Below are positions 28,355-41,505 of a stretch of 64,000 nucleotides of DNA, piece by piece. A program made the position numbers and the translations under genes. Position 1 is the stretch's first letter, and every line of letters begins with the position of its first letter. The DNA comes from Gemmatimonadales bacterium (GTDB lineage Bacteria; Gemmatimonadota; Gemmatimonadetes; Gemmatimonadales; GWC2-71-9), in NCBI GenBank assembly GCA_041577295.1, contig JBFGJG010000001.1:64001-128000 (forward strand), given 5' to 3'. The notes under the pieces were generated by a model that made no database searches, was not told the origin of the DNA, and saw only the letters and a program-made list of their open reading frames with translations.

Positions 28355-29380
28355 TCAGTTCAGGACGCGCCGCGCGGTCACCCACCGTTGTTGCCACCAG
28401 CGACTATCCGGGTCGGAAGAGGTCAGGCTCGACAACTTGACGCCGGCTGACGTACTGTGGATGAACTCACCGTCTCCCACATAGAGTCCGACGTGCGAGA
28501 TCCCGCCCCCACCCTGGGTAAAGCCGAGAATATCGCCCGGCTGGAGCGCCGCGACGTCCCGATCGACGAGCTCACCCGTCCGTGCCTGATCACGGCTTCG
28601 ACGCGGAAGCAGAATACCGTGCTCGCCGTATGCATACTGAATTAGACCCGAGCAGTCATATCCGTTCGCGTCATTGCCACCCCAACGATATGGTGCCCCC
28701 ATCGCGTCGAGCGCGGTGGCAACGACCTGCGAGCGTGTGAACACCGCTTCTTCCGACGACAACGGTCCGGATTCGGTGACGGGGAACGATTCGGCAGGGC
28801 CTGAGGGTGTGGGCTGTGGCACCGGTCGAACCGTGGGTCTCCGTCTCGGTGTGCGGGCGGGACGCGAGCCGAGATCGAACGCCAACCGACCCTGCAGCAC
28901 GAGGCCGCGGCGGTCGTTTGGATCGAGCTGCCAGAACCCCCGAATCTCCCGGTCTTCCACGCGATACGCCGTCTCGATGCCAAGTGTCAAAAAGCGCAGA
29001 GGGCGCACCGCGTACCCGGCGCCCACAGACCAGTAAGCGTCTGGCTCTCCGTCGCTGTGAAGGAAACCCAAGCCCCAGGTCCCGAGAACGTACGGTCCGG
29101 GTCGTGATCGATTCACTCCCAGCGATATCGTCGCACCGGTTTGGGTGCGATCTTCAGCCGCTCGACTGTCGTTCAAATGTGATAGTCCAAGGCCGTAGGC
29201 GACGGGGCCGACGATCCGGCCGTAGTAGGAGAAGCTGTAGACAAACCCGGGACCGTCGCCGTGCCACCACGGGCCGTAGGAAACGTCAATCCCGCCTTGC
29301 TGGGCCGCCGCGGGGCCGCCGAGGGCGAGCCAGAGGCCTAGCGGAACGGTCGATCGCATGAGACGTCTAATCGTGATCAT
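28355..29380 (-). CDS. NlpC/P60 (C40) peptidase with N-terminal OM beta-barrel-like domain
   Basis: GAPYRWGG, YDCSGL, LPRRSRDQ, PGDILGF, SHVGLYVG, FIHS; beta-strand N-domain and Pro-rich linker. Confidence 0.88.
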   Translation of the reverse strand: MITIRRLMRSTVPLGLWLALGGPAAAQQGGIDVSYGPWWHGDGPGFVYSFSYYGRIVGPVAYGLGLSHLNDSRAAEDRTQTGATISLGVNRSRPGPYVLGTWGLGFLHSDGEPDAYWSVGAGYAVRPLRFLTLGIETAYRVEDREIRGFWQLDPNDRRGLVLQGRLAFDLGSRPARTPRRRPTVRPVPQPTPSGPAESFPVTESGPLSSEEAVFTRSQVVATALDAMGAPYRWGGNDANGYDCSGLIQYAYGEHGILLPRRSRDQARTGELVDRDVAALQPGDILGFTQGGGGISHVGLYVGDGEFIHSTSAGVKLSSLTSSDPDSRWWQQRWVTARRVLN

Positions 29381-29682
29381 GGCGTGCGTACGTTAGGACC
29401 CCTCTGAGATCTCGTCAATCGTGACTCGGCCATCCGCGCGCAATCTGTACCCCGAACGGCAAACGATGCTGTGATCGGGACCACCCGAGATGGTCCGATC
29501 CACATTGCACCGCGAGCCGCTCGTCCCCCATGTCGTGGCCACGCCACATGCCTCAGGATGGCGACTTTGTCTTTTTTGCTTGACGCATCTGCGTACCGAT
29601 CGTATCAGTACCGGGACTTCGAGCCTCCCGAGCACCGAAGTCTCCTTCGCGAAAAACGCGTCCCACCAGTTTGGAGAATGTG

Positions 29683-31428
29683 ATGTCACGATTGCCGCAG
29701 AGTGCCCTCGCACTGAGCGTTGTGCTTTTCCTCGGTTGTTCCGATGTCATTCAGCCGCCAGTCGACACGCCCGAGCCCACGGTGAGTCGGGTGATCCCAG
29801 GTCACTACATCGTTGTCTTTCACGATGAAGTCGTCGATGCGGCCAGCGCGGCGCGTTCACTCAAGGAGATCCGCTCCGGTGCGATACGCTTTACCTACCA
29901 GCATGCCCTCAAAGGGTTCGCCGGACCATTGACCGCGGCACAGGCAGCCGCGTTGGAGCAGAATCCCCTGGTAGCGTACGTGGAACCCGACCGTGAGTTG
30001 AGGCTCACCGTCACGCAGAACAATCCTCCTTCATGGGGCTTGGACCGCATCGACCAGTCCGACCTTCCACTCGATAACGCGTACACCTACGAGTACGACG
30101 GCTCGGGTGTGAACATCTACATCATCGATACCGGGCTGCGAATCTCCCACAACGACTTTGGGGGGCGAGCCCGTTACGTGTCGGGCGGCACCAATGGAGA
30201 TTTCGTGGGAGACGGCAGGGGGAATGCCGAGGACTGTCACGGGCACGGCACGCATGTCGGAGGAACCGCCGCGGGGAGTGGTTACGGTGTGGCCAAGAAC
30301 GCCAACCTGTGGGCCCTGCGGGTGCTGAATTGTGAGGGCTCGGGAAGCACGTCGGGCGTCATCGCTGCCGTGGATTGGGTCACCGGGAGTCACCAGGACC
30401 CGGCCGTGGCGAATATGAGCCTCGGTGGAAGCAGCTCATCGTCGCTCAACAACGCCGTGGCGAACTCGGTGGCGGCCGGCGTTCCCTACGCGGTCTCCGC
30501 GGGCAACGGTAACGCGTTTGGCACGCCACAAAACGCTTGCAATCAGAGTCCAGCGGGAACCGCGAGCGCGATCACCGTCGGTGCAACCGAATCGGACGAT
30601 GACGAGGCGTCGTTCTCCAACTACGGTAGCTGTGTCGACATCCTCGCGCCCGGCGTGAGCATTACGTCGGCCTGGAACACCGGGAACAACGCGACCGCCG
30701 TGCTGAGCGGAACCTCGATGGCCAGTCCGCATGTCGCCGGTGCCGCAGCGCTCGTACTCCAGACCAATCCCAGCTACAGCCCGTCCCAGGTCGTGGATGC
30801 GCTCACCGACAACGCGAGCTCGGGCACCATCGATCTCCACTCACGAAGCCGGCGTTTCGGCACCGACAATCTCCTGCTCAACACGCAGTTCCTCGGGGGT
30901 GGTGGAGGTGGCGGTCCGGGTAACCAGGCGCCCACGGCGGACTTCTCCGCGAGTTGTACCGACCTCACATGCGCCTTCACGGATGCGAGCGATGACGCGG
31001 ATGGCACTGTGGCATCGTGGAGCTGGACCTTCGGCGACGGTGGCAGCTCGCCTGACCAGAGTCCGACGCACAGCTACACGACCGCAGGGACCTACACCGT
31101 GACGCTCACGGTCACCGACAACGATAATGCGACCGACACCGCATCACAGGCGGTAACCGTGTCGGAGGGCGGCGGTGGCGAGCCGAGCGACATCTCGTTG
31201 TCCGTCTCACCGCGCAGCTTCGGCAACTTCAAGGGAGCCACGCTGAGCTGGGACGGCGCGAACGGGTCGCAGGTGGACATCTCTCGTGATGGTGTCGTCG
31301 TTGCCACCACGAACAACGATGGATCGTTCTTCGACCGCATCGGTGCCAACTCGGCCACGAGCTTCGTCTACCAGGTCTGTGAAGCGGGCACTTCGACCTG
31401 CTCGAACGAGGCCACCGCGAACTTCTAG
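29683..31428 (+). CDS. S8 subtilisin (aqualysin/proteinase K-like) lipoprotein with I9 propeptide and PKD domain
   Basis: FLGC lipobox; IIDTG, HGHGTHV, GTSMASPHVAG; WTFGDG PKD motif. Confidence 0.95.
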   Translation: MSRLPQSALALSVVLFLGCSDVIQPPVDTPEPTVSRVIPGHYIVVFHDEVVDAASAARSLKEIRSGAIRFTYQHALKGFAGPLTAAQAAALEQNPLVAYVEPDRELRLTVTQNNPPSWGLDRIDQSDLPLDNAYTYEYDGSGVNIYIIDTGLRISHNDFGGRARYVSGGTNGDFVGDGRGNAEDCHGHGTHVGGTAAGSGYGVAKNANLWALRVLNCEGSGSTSGVIAAVDWVTGSHQDPAVANMSLGGSSSSSLNNAVANSVAAGVPYAVSAGNGNAFGTPQNACNQSPAGTASAITVGATESDDDEASFSNYGSCVDILAPGVSITSAWNTGNNATAVLSGTSMASPHVAGAAALVLQTNPSYSPSQVVDALTDNASSGTIDLHSRSRRFGTDNLLLNTQFLGGGGGGGPGNQAPTADFSASCTDLTCAFTDASDDADGTVASWSWTFGDGGSSPDQSPTHSYTTAGTYTVTLTVTDNDNATDTASQAVTVSEGGGGEPSDISLSVSPRSFGNFKGATLSWDGANGSQVDISRDGVVVATTNNDGSFFDRIGANSATSFVYQVCEAGTSTCSNEATANF

Positions 31429-31457
31429 AACACGGCGCCCCGCGGGGTGCCGTGTTC
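31428..31457 (+). terminator. Terminator hairpin
   Basis: GAACACGGCGCCCC...GGGGTGCCGTGTTC immediately after the stop. Confidence 0.7.
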
Positions 31458-31506
31458 GTTGGCGCATCCAGTTGCGCGGGGTGGCGGGCGCCGCTAACTA
31501 CCAGCC

Positions 31507-31917
31507 ATGCCAACCGTCACCGTGACGCGCCGTGTCCACTTCAACGCCGCACACCGGCTGCACAGCACCGAGCTGAGCGATGAGGAGAACAAGCGCACGT
31601 TCGGATTGTGCAACAATCCCAACTACCACGGGCACAATTACGAGCTCGATGTGTCAGTGGAGGGGGAGGTCGATCCGGTGACTGGGTACGTCGCCGATCT
31701 CGGCGAGGTGAAACGCATCGTCGAGGATCTGGTGGTCTCCAAACTCGACCACAAGAACCTCAACCTCGATGTGCCGGAGTTTCGTCAGCTCAACCCGACG
31801 AGCGAGAACATCGCGGTGGTCATCTGGCGGTTACTCGAGGGGCGCCTCCCTGGGGAACTCCGCAAAATCGTTCTCTGGGAAACGCCCCGGAACTATGTGA
31901 GTTACGAGGGTCGCTAG
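31507..31917 (+). CDS. queD: 6-carboxytetrahydropterin / 6-pyruvoyltetrahydropterin synthase
   Basis: FNAAHRL, CNNPNYHGHNY, LDHKNLN, PTSENIA, ETPRN. Confidence 0.9.
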   Translation: MPTVTVTRRVHFNAAHRLHSTELSDEENKRTFGLCNNPNYHGHNYELDVSVEGEVDPVTGYVADLGEVKRIVEDLVVSKLDHKNLNLDVPEFRQLNPTSENIAVVIWRLLEGRLPGELRKIVLWETPRNYVSYEGR

Positions 31918-31918
31918 C

Positions 31919-32476
31919 TCAGGCTCCAGGCCACAGCCACCCAAAGGTCCCAGCCGTGAGGAGTGCATAGGCCAGACCATCCAGCATGGTTTTGGTCGTC
32001 GTGCTCCATGGCCGCCCGAACCAAATAGCATCCGGAATGATAGCAAAACTGTAGGCCAACCACGCTGTTGTGCCGGTGACACGGAACACGGTCAGGTACT
32101 CGGCACCCGCTGACACCGTTCGACTGGCGAGGTACGCCACCACGACTCCGACCGCGAGATTATACACGAACGAGCCCGCCATCTTGCCGCCCATGGCAAT
32201 CTGACCCGACGGCACGACCGTCACGTACGCGTTTGGCCCCTCCTCCGTCTTGCGCACGAAGTCGGGATCCTTCATGGCTGCCTGCGTCGCAGCGTATGGA
32301 ATGGAGTATTGGCCGGGAGGGTGATTCTTCAGCGCGGAACGGGCAGCCGCCTCGTCCGAAACGGGCTTCCAATCGGACTTGTGGTGAGGCATGACCGTCC
32401 AGACAAGGGCGCTGGCGATCCACACAAGAACCGAGGATAGCAGAATGGGGAGCCAGAGGGACCCGAGCGCGACCAT
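31919..32476 (-). CDS. Conserved hypothetical membrane protein
   Basis: GAGGAGG RBS; LWLPILLSSV..WTVMPHH, several TM helices, FGWLWP end. Confidence 0.8.
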   Translation of the reverse strand: MVALGSLWLPILLSSVLVWIASALVWTVMPHHKSDWKPVSDEAAARSALKNHPPGQYSIPYAATQAAMKDPDFVRKTEEGPNAYVTVVPSGQIAMGGKMAGSFVYNLAVGVVVAYLASRTVSAGAEYLTVFRVTGTTAWLAYSFAIIPDAIWFGRPWSTTTKTMLDGLAYALLTAGTFGWLWPGA

Positions 32477-32529
32477 CACAGCCTCCTCGTAAGGGGAGGC
32501 TGATAAGGTACCCGTCGGACGCGGGCCGG

Positions 32530-33456
32530 CTAGAGCGTGACCTTCTCCATCGTTTGCCGCACGGCGTCTGCGGACTTGCGCAGTGCGACCTGCTCCTTGC
32601 TGCTGAGTTCCACCTCGATGATCTGCTCCAGCCCGCGCACCCCGAGCTTGCACGGCACACCGAGATAAATGCCAGACATACCGTACTCGCCCTCGAGCCA
32701 GGCTGCGCATGGAAGGATCCGCTTCTTGTCCCGCGCGATCGCTTCCGCCATCTGCGCTGAGGCAGAGGACGGGGCGTAGTACGCCGATCCCGTCTTGAGA
32801 TAGCCAACGATCTCCGCACCGCCATTACGCGTGCGATCGACAATCTGGTCCAGCAATTTCCGCTCGATCAACTGGGTAACGGGAATCCCGGAGACGGTCG
32901 TATAGGAGATCAGTGGAACCATCGTGTCACCGTGGCCGCCCAACACCATCGCTTGGATATCCTCGACTGACACGTCCATGGCTTCCGCAAGGAAGCTACG
33001 ATAGCGCGCGGTATCGAGGACACCCGCCATTCCGAGCACGCGCTCTCGGGGGAAACCGGTCACCTCCTTCATCACCCAGCACATGACGTCGAGCGGATTT
33101 GACACAACGATCACGATCGCGCCGGGACTCGTGGCCTTCACTTCCTGGGCCACCGATTTCACGATCTCGGCATTCGTCTTCACCAGATCGTCGCGACTCA
33201 TTCCCGGCTTCCGCGCAATTCCCGCGGTCACGATGACGAGCTCGCTTCCGGCCGAAGGAGCGTAGTCGTTCGTACCGACGATTCGCGTGTCAAACCCCTC
33301 GATCGGCGCCGATTCCCACTGGTCGAGTCCCTTCCCCTGGGGAATGCCCTCGACGATATCGATAAGCACCACCCGCCGCGCCAACTCCTTCTCGGCGACG
33401 CGCTGCGCGAGGGTCGCGCCAACGTTCCCAGCTCCAACGATCGTGATCTTGTTCAT
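32530..33456 (-). CDS. mdh: Malate dehydrogenase (LDH-like)
   Basis: [40 protein letters not shown]. Confidence 0.97.
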   Translation of the reverse strand: MNKITIVGAGNVGATLAQRVAEKELARRVVLIDIVEGIPQGKGLDQWESAPIEGFDTRIVGTNDYAPSAGSELVIVTAGIARKPGMSRDDLVKTNAEIVKSVAQEVKATSPGAIVIVVSNPLDVMCWVMKEVTGFPRERVLGMAGVLDTARYRSFLAEAMDVSVEDIQAMVLGGHGDTMVPLISYTTVSGIPVTQLIERKLLDQIVDRTRNGGAEIVGYLKTGSAYYAPSSASAQMAEAIARDKKRILPCAAWLEGEYGMSGIYLGVPCKLGVRGLEQIIEVELSSKEQVALRKSADAVRQTMEKVTL

Positions 33457-33485
33457 GGGACTCCCTAGGCGATGAGTGTCTGCGA

Positions 33486-33977
33486 TTACTGAGCTGTCTG
33501 CTCGACGAACGTCTGACCGTCGAGCTCAATCCCTACCTGCCGCACCGCCTCGTACAACACAATGGCTGCCGCGGTGGCCAGGTTCAGGCTGCGGATTCCG
33601 GGCCGCATCGGCACGCGAAAGATTCGCTCAGGATACTTCTCGAGGATGCGGCTTGGCATCCCTTGCGTCTCGTTGCCGAACACCAAGACTGAGTTCGGCG
33701 CATACGGTGCGTCAAGAAATGAAATGGTGGCGTTCGCGGAGAAGTACAAGCAGCGGTCTCGCGAGACTGCCTCTCGAAACACGCGCCAATGTGGATGCAC
33801 CCAGCAGTCGACATGCTCCCAGTAGTCGAGGCCTGCGCGTTTCAGCTTCGCATCGTCGAGACTGAAGCCAAAGGGCTGAATGAGATGGAGTGCCGTGTCA
33901 CTGGCTGCGCACAGCCGGGCGATGTTGCCGGTGTTCGGGGCGATCTGTGGCTCGATGAGTGCGATTGCCAACCCCAT
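33486..33977 (-). CDS. trmL: tRNA (cytidine/uridine-34 2'-O)-methyltransferase
   Basis: [35 protein letters not shown]. Confidence 0.93.
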   Translation of the reverse strand: MGLAIALIEPQIAPNTGNIARLCAASDTALHLIQPFGFSLDDAKLKRAGLDYWEHVDCWVHPHWRVFREAVSRDRCLYFSANATISFLDAPYAPNSVLVFGNETQGMPSRILEKYPERIFRVPMRPGIRSLNLATAAAIVLYEAVRQVGIELDGQTFVEQTAQ

Positions 33978-34441
33978 CAGCTGCCCCCGGGAGAAGGACC
34001 CCCACGGGCGCGAGGTGCGTTCGACGCGTTTTCCCGCCAGTGTGCGCTCCCGTCGTCGAACAGCTCCTTCTTCCACACGGGGAGGCGCTGCTTGGCCTCC
34101 TCAATCACGAAGCGACACGCCGCGAACGCCTCAGCACGGTGCGGAGCTGCGGCCGCGATGGCGATGCTGGGCTCGCCCACCGGGACAAGCCCGACGCGAT
34201 GCTGCGCGGCAAATCGGGCCTCTGGCCACCGACCGCTGGCCTCCTCGAGGATGCGCGCAAACTCGGCCTCCGCCATCTGTTCGTAGGCCGAATACTCGAT
34301 CGCGCGGACTGGACCGTCATCCGGTCCGCGCCGCACAGTTCCGAGGAATACCAACACCCCACCCCGCTCCTCGTCCGACACCGCCGCAATAAGCCTGGCG
34401 ACCTCGATCGGCTCCGGTGTCACGTACTCCACGTCAGTCAT
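33977..34441 (-). CDS. moaE: Molybdopterin synthase catalytic subunit
   Basis: FLGTVR, YSAYEQMA, HRVG, HRAEAF, LPVWKKE. Confidence 0.95.
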   Translation of the reverse strand: MTDVEYVTPEPIEVARLIAAVSDEERGGVLVFLGTVRRGPDDGPVRAIEYSAYEQMAEAEFARILEEASGRWPEARFAAQHRVGLVPVGEPSIAIAAAAPHRAEAFAACRFVIEEAKQRLPVWKKELFDDGSAHWRENASNAPRARGGPSPGGS

Positions 34442-34695
34442 CCACCGGCCAGCGGCGGGAGCACAGCGAGCTCGTCACCATCACGCAAGGCAGTATCGAG
34501 AGACGCGTGTACCTGGTTCACGGCAACGAGGGGGCGTTCGGGTAGGAGATCCGCGCGGGACGCGCGGACCCTCAGGCCTGCAACCGCATCGCGAGCTGTC
34601 GCCCTCTCGGGAAGATCGATGACCAGTGTGTCGCGTCCAAATGCCTCTGCGTACCGGCCAAAGAGACGACACGTTACGGTGATCGCAGCTTTCAT
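34438..34695 (-). CDS. moaD: Molybdopterin synthase sulfur carrier
   Basis: VAVNQ, DGDELAVLPPLAGG with C-terminal GG; coupled to moaE. Confidence 0.92.
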   Translation of the reverse strand: MKAAITVTCRLFGRYAEAFGRDTLVIDLPERATARDAVAGLRVRASRADLLPERPLVAVNQVHASLDTALRDGDELAVLPPLAGG

Positions 34696-34933
34696 ACGCC
34701 GGGGGAATATAGTCCGGGCTTTCGCGCGCGGCACCCGGGAACCGCCTGTCGCATCGTCACTTCCCGCGCTTAGCCCTGCAGCCGTGACGGGCCGGGCCAA
34801 GAATACGAGCCAGCCTGTCAACCTCGGTCAGCGGGCACCTTCCGCTGACCACGCTCGCACACACAGACGGGCGTTCGCTTGCCTGGTGGACGAGAAGCGG
34901 CTGGGGAATGCTATCTCTTGCTGGGGAACGCCT

Positions 34934-35266
34934 TTACTGGGGCTCTGGTACGACTCCCTCGCTCGCGCCCTCTTTGGCAGCGACCATCGCCCGGAGCTCC
35001 TTCGAGGGCTTGAACACGGGGACCGGCCTCGCAGCGACTTCGACCGGGTCGCCAGTCCGCGGGTTCCGCGCCATCCGCGTCTTCCGCATGCGGATCTTGA
35101 ACGTGCCGAACCCTCGGATCTCGATGTTGTTCTGATCCGCCAACGCCCCCTTCACGGCATCTAGGAAGGCATCGACTACCCGCGCGCAGTCTTTCTTCGA
35201 GATCATCGGACCGGCCGTGCGGGCGATGGAGGCCGTGACTTTCTCGACGAGATCCGCCTTGGTCAT
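34934..35266 (-). CDS. HU/IHF family DNA-binding protein
   Basis: MTKADLV, IEIRGFGTF, ARNPRTG, FKPSKEL. Confidence 0.95.
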   Translation of the reverse strand: MTKADLVEKVTASIARTAGPMISKKDCARVVDAFLDAVKGALADQNNIEIRGFGTFKIRMRKTRMARNPRTGDPVEVAARPVPVFKPSKELRAMVAAKEGASEGVVPEPQ

Positions 35267-35347
35267 CCGTCCTCTCTACTGTGATCCTGAACGGGTGTTG
35301 GGCCTCCCGCGTAGCGGTGGGCCGGGCGGTCATAAATACCGGCTTAC

Positions 35348-36442
35348 CTATTGTGTGTCAAGGGCTTGGACGAACTCCGCGAAGTGGCCCCTGGCATCGT
35401 GGGGTCCCGGGGATGCCTCAGGGTGGTATTGAACGGCAAAAATCGGGAGTTCGCGATGGCGAAGTCCTTCCACCGTGTCGTCATTGAGGTTACGGTGCGT
35501 TACCTCCAGTTCTATGGCACCTGAGACCTCCTTACCGCTTCCCACTACAGCAAATCCGTGGTTCTGACTGGTGATGAGAACCCGTCCCGTGGCAAGGCCG
35601 CGCACCGGGTGGTTACCCCCACGATGGCCGTAGGGGAGCTTCGCCGTGCGGCCGCCGAAGGCGAGCGCCAGGAGTTGGTGACCGAGACAGATGCCCAACG
35701 TCGGCAGTCCCGTGCTGGCAAGCTCGCGAATCACAGGGATCACGTACTGGACGGCCGCCGGATCTCCCGGACCGTTCGACAAAAACAATCCCCCGGGTTG
35801 GAGTTCGCGGACCTCCGCTGCGCTGGTGCTGGCGGGTACGACCGTCACCCGACAGCCGAGCGAGTTCAGAATCCGCACAATGTTCCTTTTCATCCCAAAG
35901 TCGAACGCCACCACGTGATGCCGTGCCGACTCCGGGTTCTGCTCGTACCGGGTGTCAGTCGTCGCGCGAGACGCGAGGTCGAGCCCCTCCATCCGAGGGC
36001 TTTGGTCCAGCAGCCTCCGGATCTCGTCAGTCGGTTGAGTGCCTGACGCGATTATGCCGCGCATCGCCCCGACCGAGCGGATATGGCGGGCGAGTCGGCG
36101 AGTGTCGACACCTTCGACGACGGGTATCTCGTTTGCCGAGAGCCACTCCCCAAGGCTACCGGTGGCGCGCCAGTTGGAATGTTGACGCGCCAGCTCTCGC
36201 ACGACTACGCCCGTAACCTGGGCGCGACCAGACTCAAGATCCTCCTGATTGATCCCGTAGTTCCCGATCATCGGGGCGGTCATCACGACGATCTGGCCGA
36301 GGTAGGACGGATCGGTGAAGACCTCCTGGTATCCGCTGAGATTGGTCGTGAATACGACCTCTCCGGGTGTTGGGGACACGGCGCCGGCAGTGGTCCCGGA
36401 GAACCACGTGCCGTCTTCGAGGAGGATATACGCCAGGTGCAG
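35348..36442 (-). CDS. carA: Carbamoyl-phosphate synthase small subunit (probable CTG start)
   Basis: [48 protein letters not shown]. Confidence 0.95.
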   Translation of the reverse strand: MHLAYILLEDGTWFSGTTAGAVSPTPGEVVFTTNLSGYQEVFTDPSYLGQIVVMTAPMIGNYGINQEDLESGRAQVTGVVVRELARQHSNWRATGSLGEWLSANEIPVVEGVDTRRLARHIRSVGAMRGIIASGTQPTDEIRRLLDQSPRMEGLDLASRATTDTRYEQNPESARHHVVAFDFGMKRNIVRILNSLGCRVTVVPASTSAAEVRELQPGGLFLSNGPGDPAAVQYVIPVIRELASTGLPTLGICLGHQLLALAFGGRTAKLPYGHRGGNHPVRGLATGRVLITSQNHGFAVVGSGKEVSGAIELEVTHRNLNDDTVEGLRHRELPIFAVQYHPEASPGPHDARGHFAEFVQALDTQ

Positions 36443-36455
36443 CTCGGTTCGCTCC

Positions 36456-36809
36456 CTAGGGTTGCGGGGGTGGCTGACTCGGCTCCTCGGTTGGGAGGTC
36501 CAACGGGAGCTGTGCGGGTGGTGCGACCGGCGTCGGGGCTACCGGGGCCGTCTCGAGGACCGATTGCGGTGTGGAGCCTCTGGCGCTGAGCCCGGCCAAT
36601 ACCAGCGAGAGAGTCAAGAAGATGCCACCCAGCCACCAGGAGGATTTCGTGAGGATGGTGACGGCTTGACGACCACCAAGAAACGTGTCGGTGGACGCCC
36701 CGCCTCCCATTGCCGCGAGCCCGCCCCCGGTACCCGCCTGCAGCAAAACCACCACCATGAGCAGCACCGAAATAATCAGGAGAATCGCGATCAGAATTCC
36801 GTAAATCAT
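36456..36809 (-). CDS. secG: Preprotein translocase subunit SecG
   Basis: Two TMs, [11 protein letters not shown], downstream of tpiA. Confidence 0.92.
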   Translation of the reverse strand: MIYGILIAILLIISVLLMVVVLLQAGTGGGLAAMGGGASTDTFLGGRQAVTILTKSSWWLGGIFLTLSLVLAGLSARGSTPQSVLETAPVAPTPVAPPAQLPLDLPTEEPSQPPPQP

Positions 36810-36894
36810 CAGCTTCTCTTTCGATCCGTCTTCAGCGACCTAATAGAAAACACCTACGTCTGACAAAGCAAGTGATGTAAGGTTGCCCGATCGA

Positions 36895-37643
36895 TCAGTC
36901 GATTGGCGTGTGAACGATGGCCGTCCACGACGCGGGGTCGAGCGACGCCCCACCCACCAGCACGCCATCGATCTCGGGTTCTGCAACGAGATCATGGACG
37001 TTATCCGGTTTGACGCTTCCCCCATAGAGGATACGGGCATCCCGCGTGCCGACACCCCGCTCGACCAACCAGCGCCGGATGTGTTGGTGTACTTCGGCAG
37101 CGTCCGCAGGCGTGGCAGTTCGCCCGGTGCCGATCGCCCAGACCGGCTCATACGCGATGGACACTTCGTGAAGCTGCGCGGCGACGAGTCCGTTGAGGGC
37201 TGCGAGCTGTCGCTCGATGACTGACAGCGTGTCGCCGGCGTCGCGCTGCTGAATGGTCTCCCCGACGCAAAAGAGGGGTGTCATATCCGCCGCCAGGAGC
37301 GCGCGCGCTTTCCGCCCGGTCTCCTCGTCGGTTTCGCCAAACACGTGTCGGCGCTCGGAGTGCCCGACCAGCGCGAGCTGGGCTCCGGCTTCTTGCGCCA
37401 TCGCGATGCTCAGCTCTCCGGTAAACGCGCCTTTGGGTTCCCAATGTACGTTTTGCGCGCCAACCCGGACCTCGCGGCGGTCGCGCACGCCGTCGGCGAT
37501 CGCTTCTAGGGCCACGGCGCTCGGGAAGAACCACACCTCACGATCCGGTCGTGGACGGTAGCGTCGCAGAAACGCCTTGAGAAACTCGCGCCCCGCCTGC
37601 GGACCGAGATGCATCTTCCAGTTTGCCGCAAAGATCAAGCGCT

Positions 37644-37647
<4 letters not shown>
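36895..37647 (-). CDS. tpiA: Triosephosphate isomerase
   Basis: ANWKM, GHSERR, AYEPVWAIGTG, YGGSV, LVGGASL. Confidence 0.98.
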
Positions 37648-39895
<2,248 letters not shown>

Positions 39896-40693
39896 TCATT
39901 CGGCAAGCGCGCGGAGGTCAAACGGGAGCGCGCGAGCGAACGTCACCGCAGCGATCGGGACGTCGCATGCGCGTCGGACAGCGCTGGCCGCGGCAGCGAT
40001 CGTGGCCCCGGTGGTCAGCACATCGTCCACCAATATAATCGTGGCCGTCGTCCATCCCTGTCCCGGTATCACACCGCCGTAATGGGGCGGTTTCACCGCG
40101 TTGGGACGCCAGGTAGGAGAAGACGCGGAACGGTCTGAAACGACGAACGCGCCATCCACGTTCGCCGCCCGCTCCTCGGGCGTAAGCTCAATTTGCGACG
40201 TCGCCTCACGGCGACGGCGGAGGAACTGATCGAGGACCGGTATGCACCATCGGGCGCCGAGCGCGCGGGCAATGAGGGCTGCCTGATTGTATCCGCGGCT
40301 GCGAAGTCGGCGTGCGGTCAGCGGGATCGGGACCAACCCCGCGGCGCGAGGGGGGCGCGATATGGATCGGACGATCCGCTGTGCCGCCAGCTCCGCCAAG
40401 TGCGCGTATCCGTTGTATTTCAAGTGATGCACCAGCACCCGGGCAGGCCCCTGGTGCCAGACTGCGCTGTGCGCATGCCCAAGCGCCTGCGGCCAACGCG
40501 CGCAGAAACGACAAGGACCGACTGGCGGGAGTGGGTGACGGCATCGTTTGCATCCAGGGGACAAGCCATTCATGCGACTCCGGCAGACACCACAGATCAG
40601 CCCATCCGGGTTGCCGCACTCGATCAAATCGTCGCAGGAGAGGCACGCGTTTGGAAGGACCAGCCGCTCCAGGTCTCGTAGAATTTGAATCAC
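39896..40693 (-). CDS. ComF family protein (double zinc ribbon + PRT domain)
   Basis: CxxC pairs, RGYNQA, LVDDVLTTGAT. Confidence 0.9.
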   Translation of the reverse strand: MIQILRDLERLVLPNACLSCDDLIECGNPDGLICGVCRSRMNGLSPGCKRCRHPLPPVGPCRFCARWPQALGHAHSAVWHQGPARVLVHHLKYNGYAHLAELAAQRIVRSISRPPRAAGLVPIPLTARRLRSRGYNQAALIARALGARWCIPVLDQFLRRRREATSQIELTPEERAANVDGAFVVSDRSASSPTWRPNAVKPPHYGGVIPGQGWTTATIILVDDVLTTGATIAAAASAVRRACDVPIAAVTFARALPFDLRALAE

Positions 40694-41505
40694 TCTCCCA
40701 GCGCGCGCTCCACCGCTGCGGCCATGACCTCGCGCGGCGCTACCGTGTTTGGAAAGAAGCGCTCGAAGGCGCGGGCCCCTTGCGCCACGAGCATCGTTCG
40801 CCCATCCGAGGCGCGGATTCCGCGCTTGCGGTTCTTGCGAACCCACTGGGTTTCTCCGGGAGCGTAGACCAAATCGAGTGCAGCCCGGCATCCATCCAGA
40901 CGGGCGGCGGGTGCTGGGAGCGCATCGTCGGGCTGGAGACCCAGCGGGGTGGCGTTGATGGCGGTACCGACCGCCGCCCCATCGTCCACCTCGGCATCGA
41001 CTCCGAGACTCCCAGCCCATTCGACAAAGGCCTCCGCACGGTCAGCGCCTCGAGACAGGACTTTGAGCCGTACCCCACGTTCCCGTGCCCCGGCTGCCAC
41101 CGCGCGCGCGGCGCCCCCGGTGCCGATGACGAGCCAGGGACCTTCGGCATCGAGTCGATCGAGCGCGTCCAATAGACCCGGTACGTCGGTATTGTCGCCC
41201 AGCAGTCGCCCCCCCTCCGGCCAGAACGTGTTGACCGCACCAAGCTCCTTCGCCACGGGGGTAAGCCGGATGAGCAGATTGGCCACAGCGACCTTGTGCG
41301 GAACGGTGACGTTGCCAGCGATTCCCAGAGCTTCGAACGCCCGGATGACGTGTGGAATGGAACCGGCGTCGGGTTGCAGCGCGACGTACACAGCGTCCAG
41401 TCCCAAGGCTCGAATCGCCGCATTGTGCATCGTCGGCGAGAGCGAATGGACGACTGGATCGCCGAGAACGGCGAGCAGTCTAGTGGTCCCGCTGATGGGC
41501 GTCAC
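40690..41505 (-). CDS. aroE: Shikimate dehydrogenase
   Basis: GDPVVHSLSP.MHN, NVTVPHK, GAVNT, NTD, GTGGAA, NATPLG, DLVY. Confidence 0.93.
   Translation of the reverse strand: MTPISGTTRLLAVLGDPVVHSLSPTMHNAAIRALGLDAVYVALQPDAGSIPHVIRAFEALGIAGNVTVPHKVAVANLLIRLTPVAKELGAVNTFWPEGGRLLGDNTDVPGLLDALDRLDAEGPWLVIGTGGAARAVAAGARERGVRLKVLSRGADRAEAFVEWAGSLGVDAEVDDGAAVGTAINATPLGLQPDDALPAPAARLDGCRAALDLVYAPGETQWVRKNRKRGIRASDGRTMLVAQGARAFERFFPNTVAPREVMAAAVERALGE

Noticed and set aside
34696..34933. Possible Moco riboswitch or ncRNA upstream of moaD
   Set aside because: Only one simple hairpin (GGTCAGCGG/CCGCTGACC); no recognisable Moco motif
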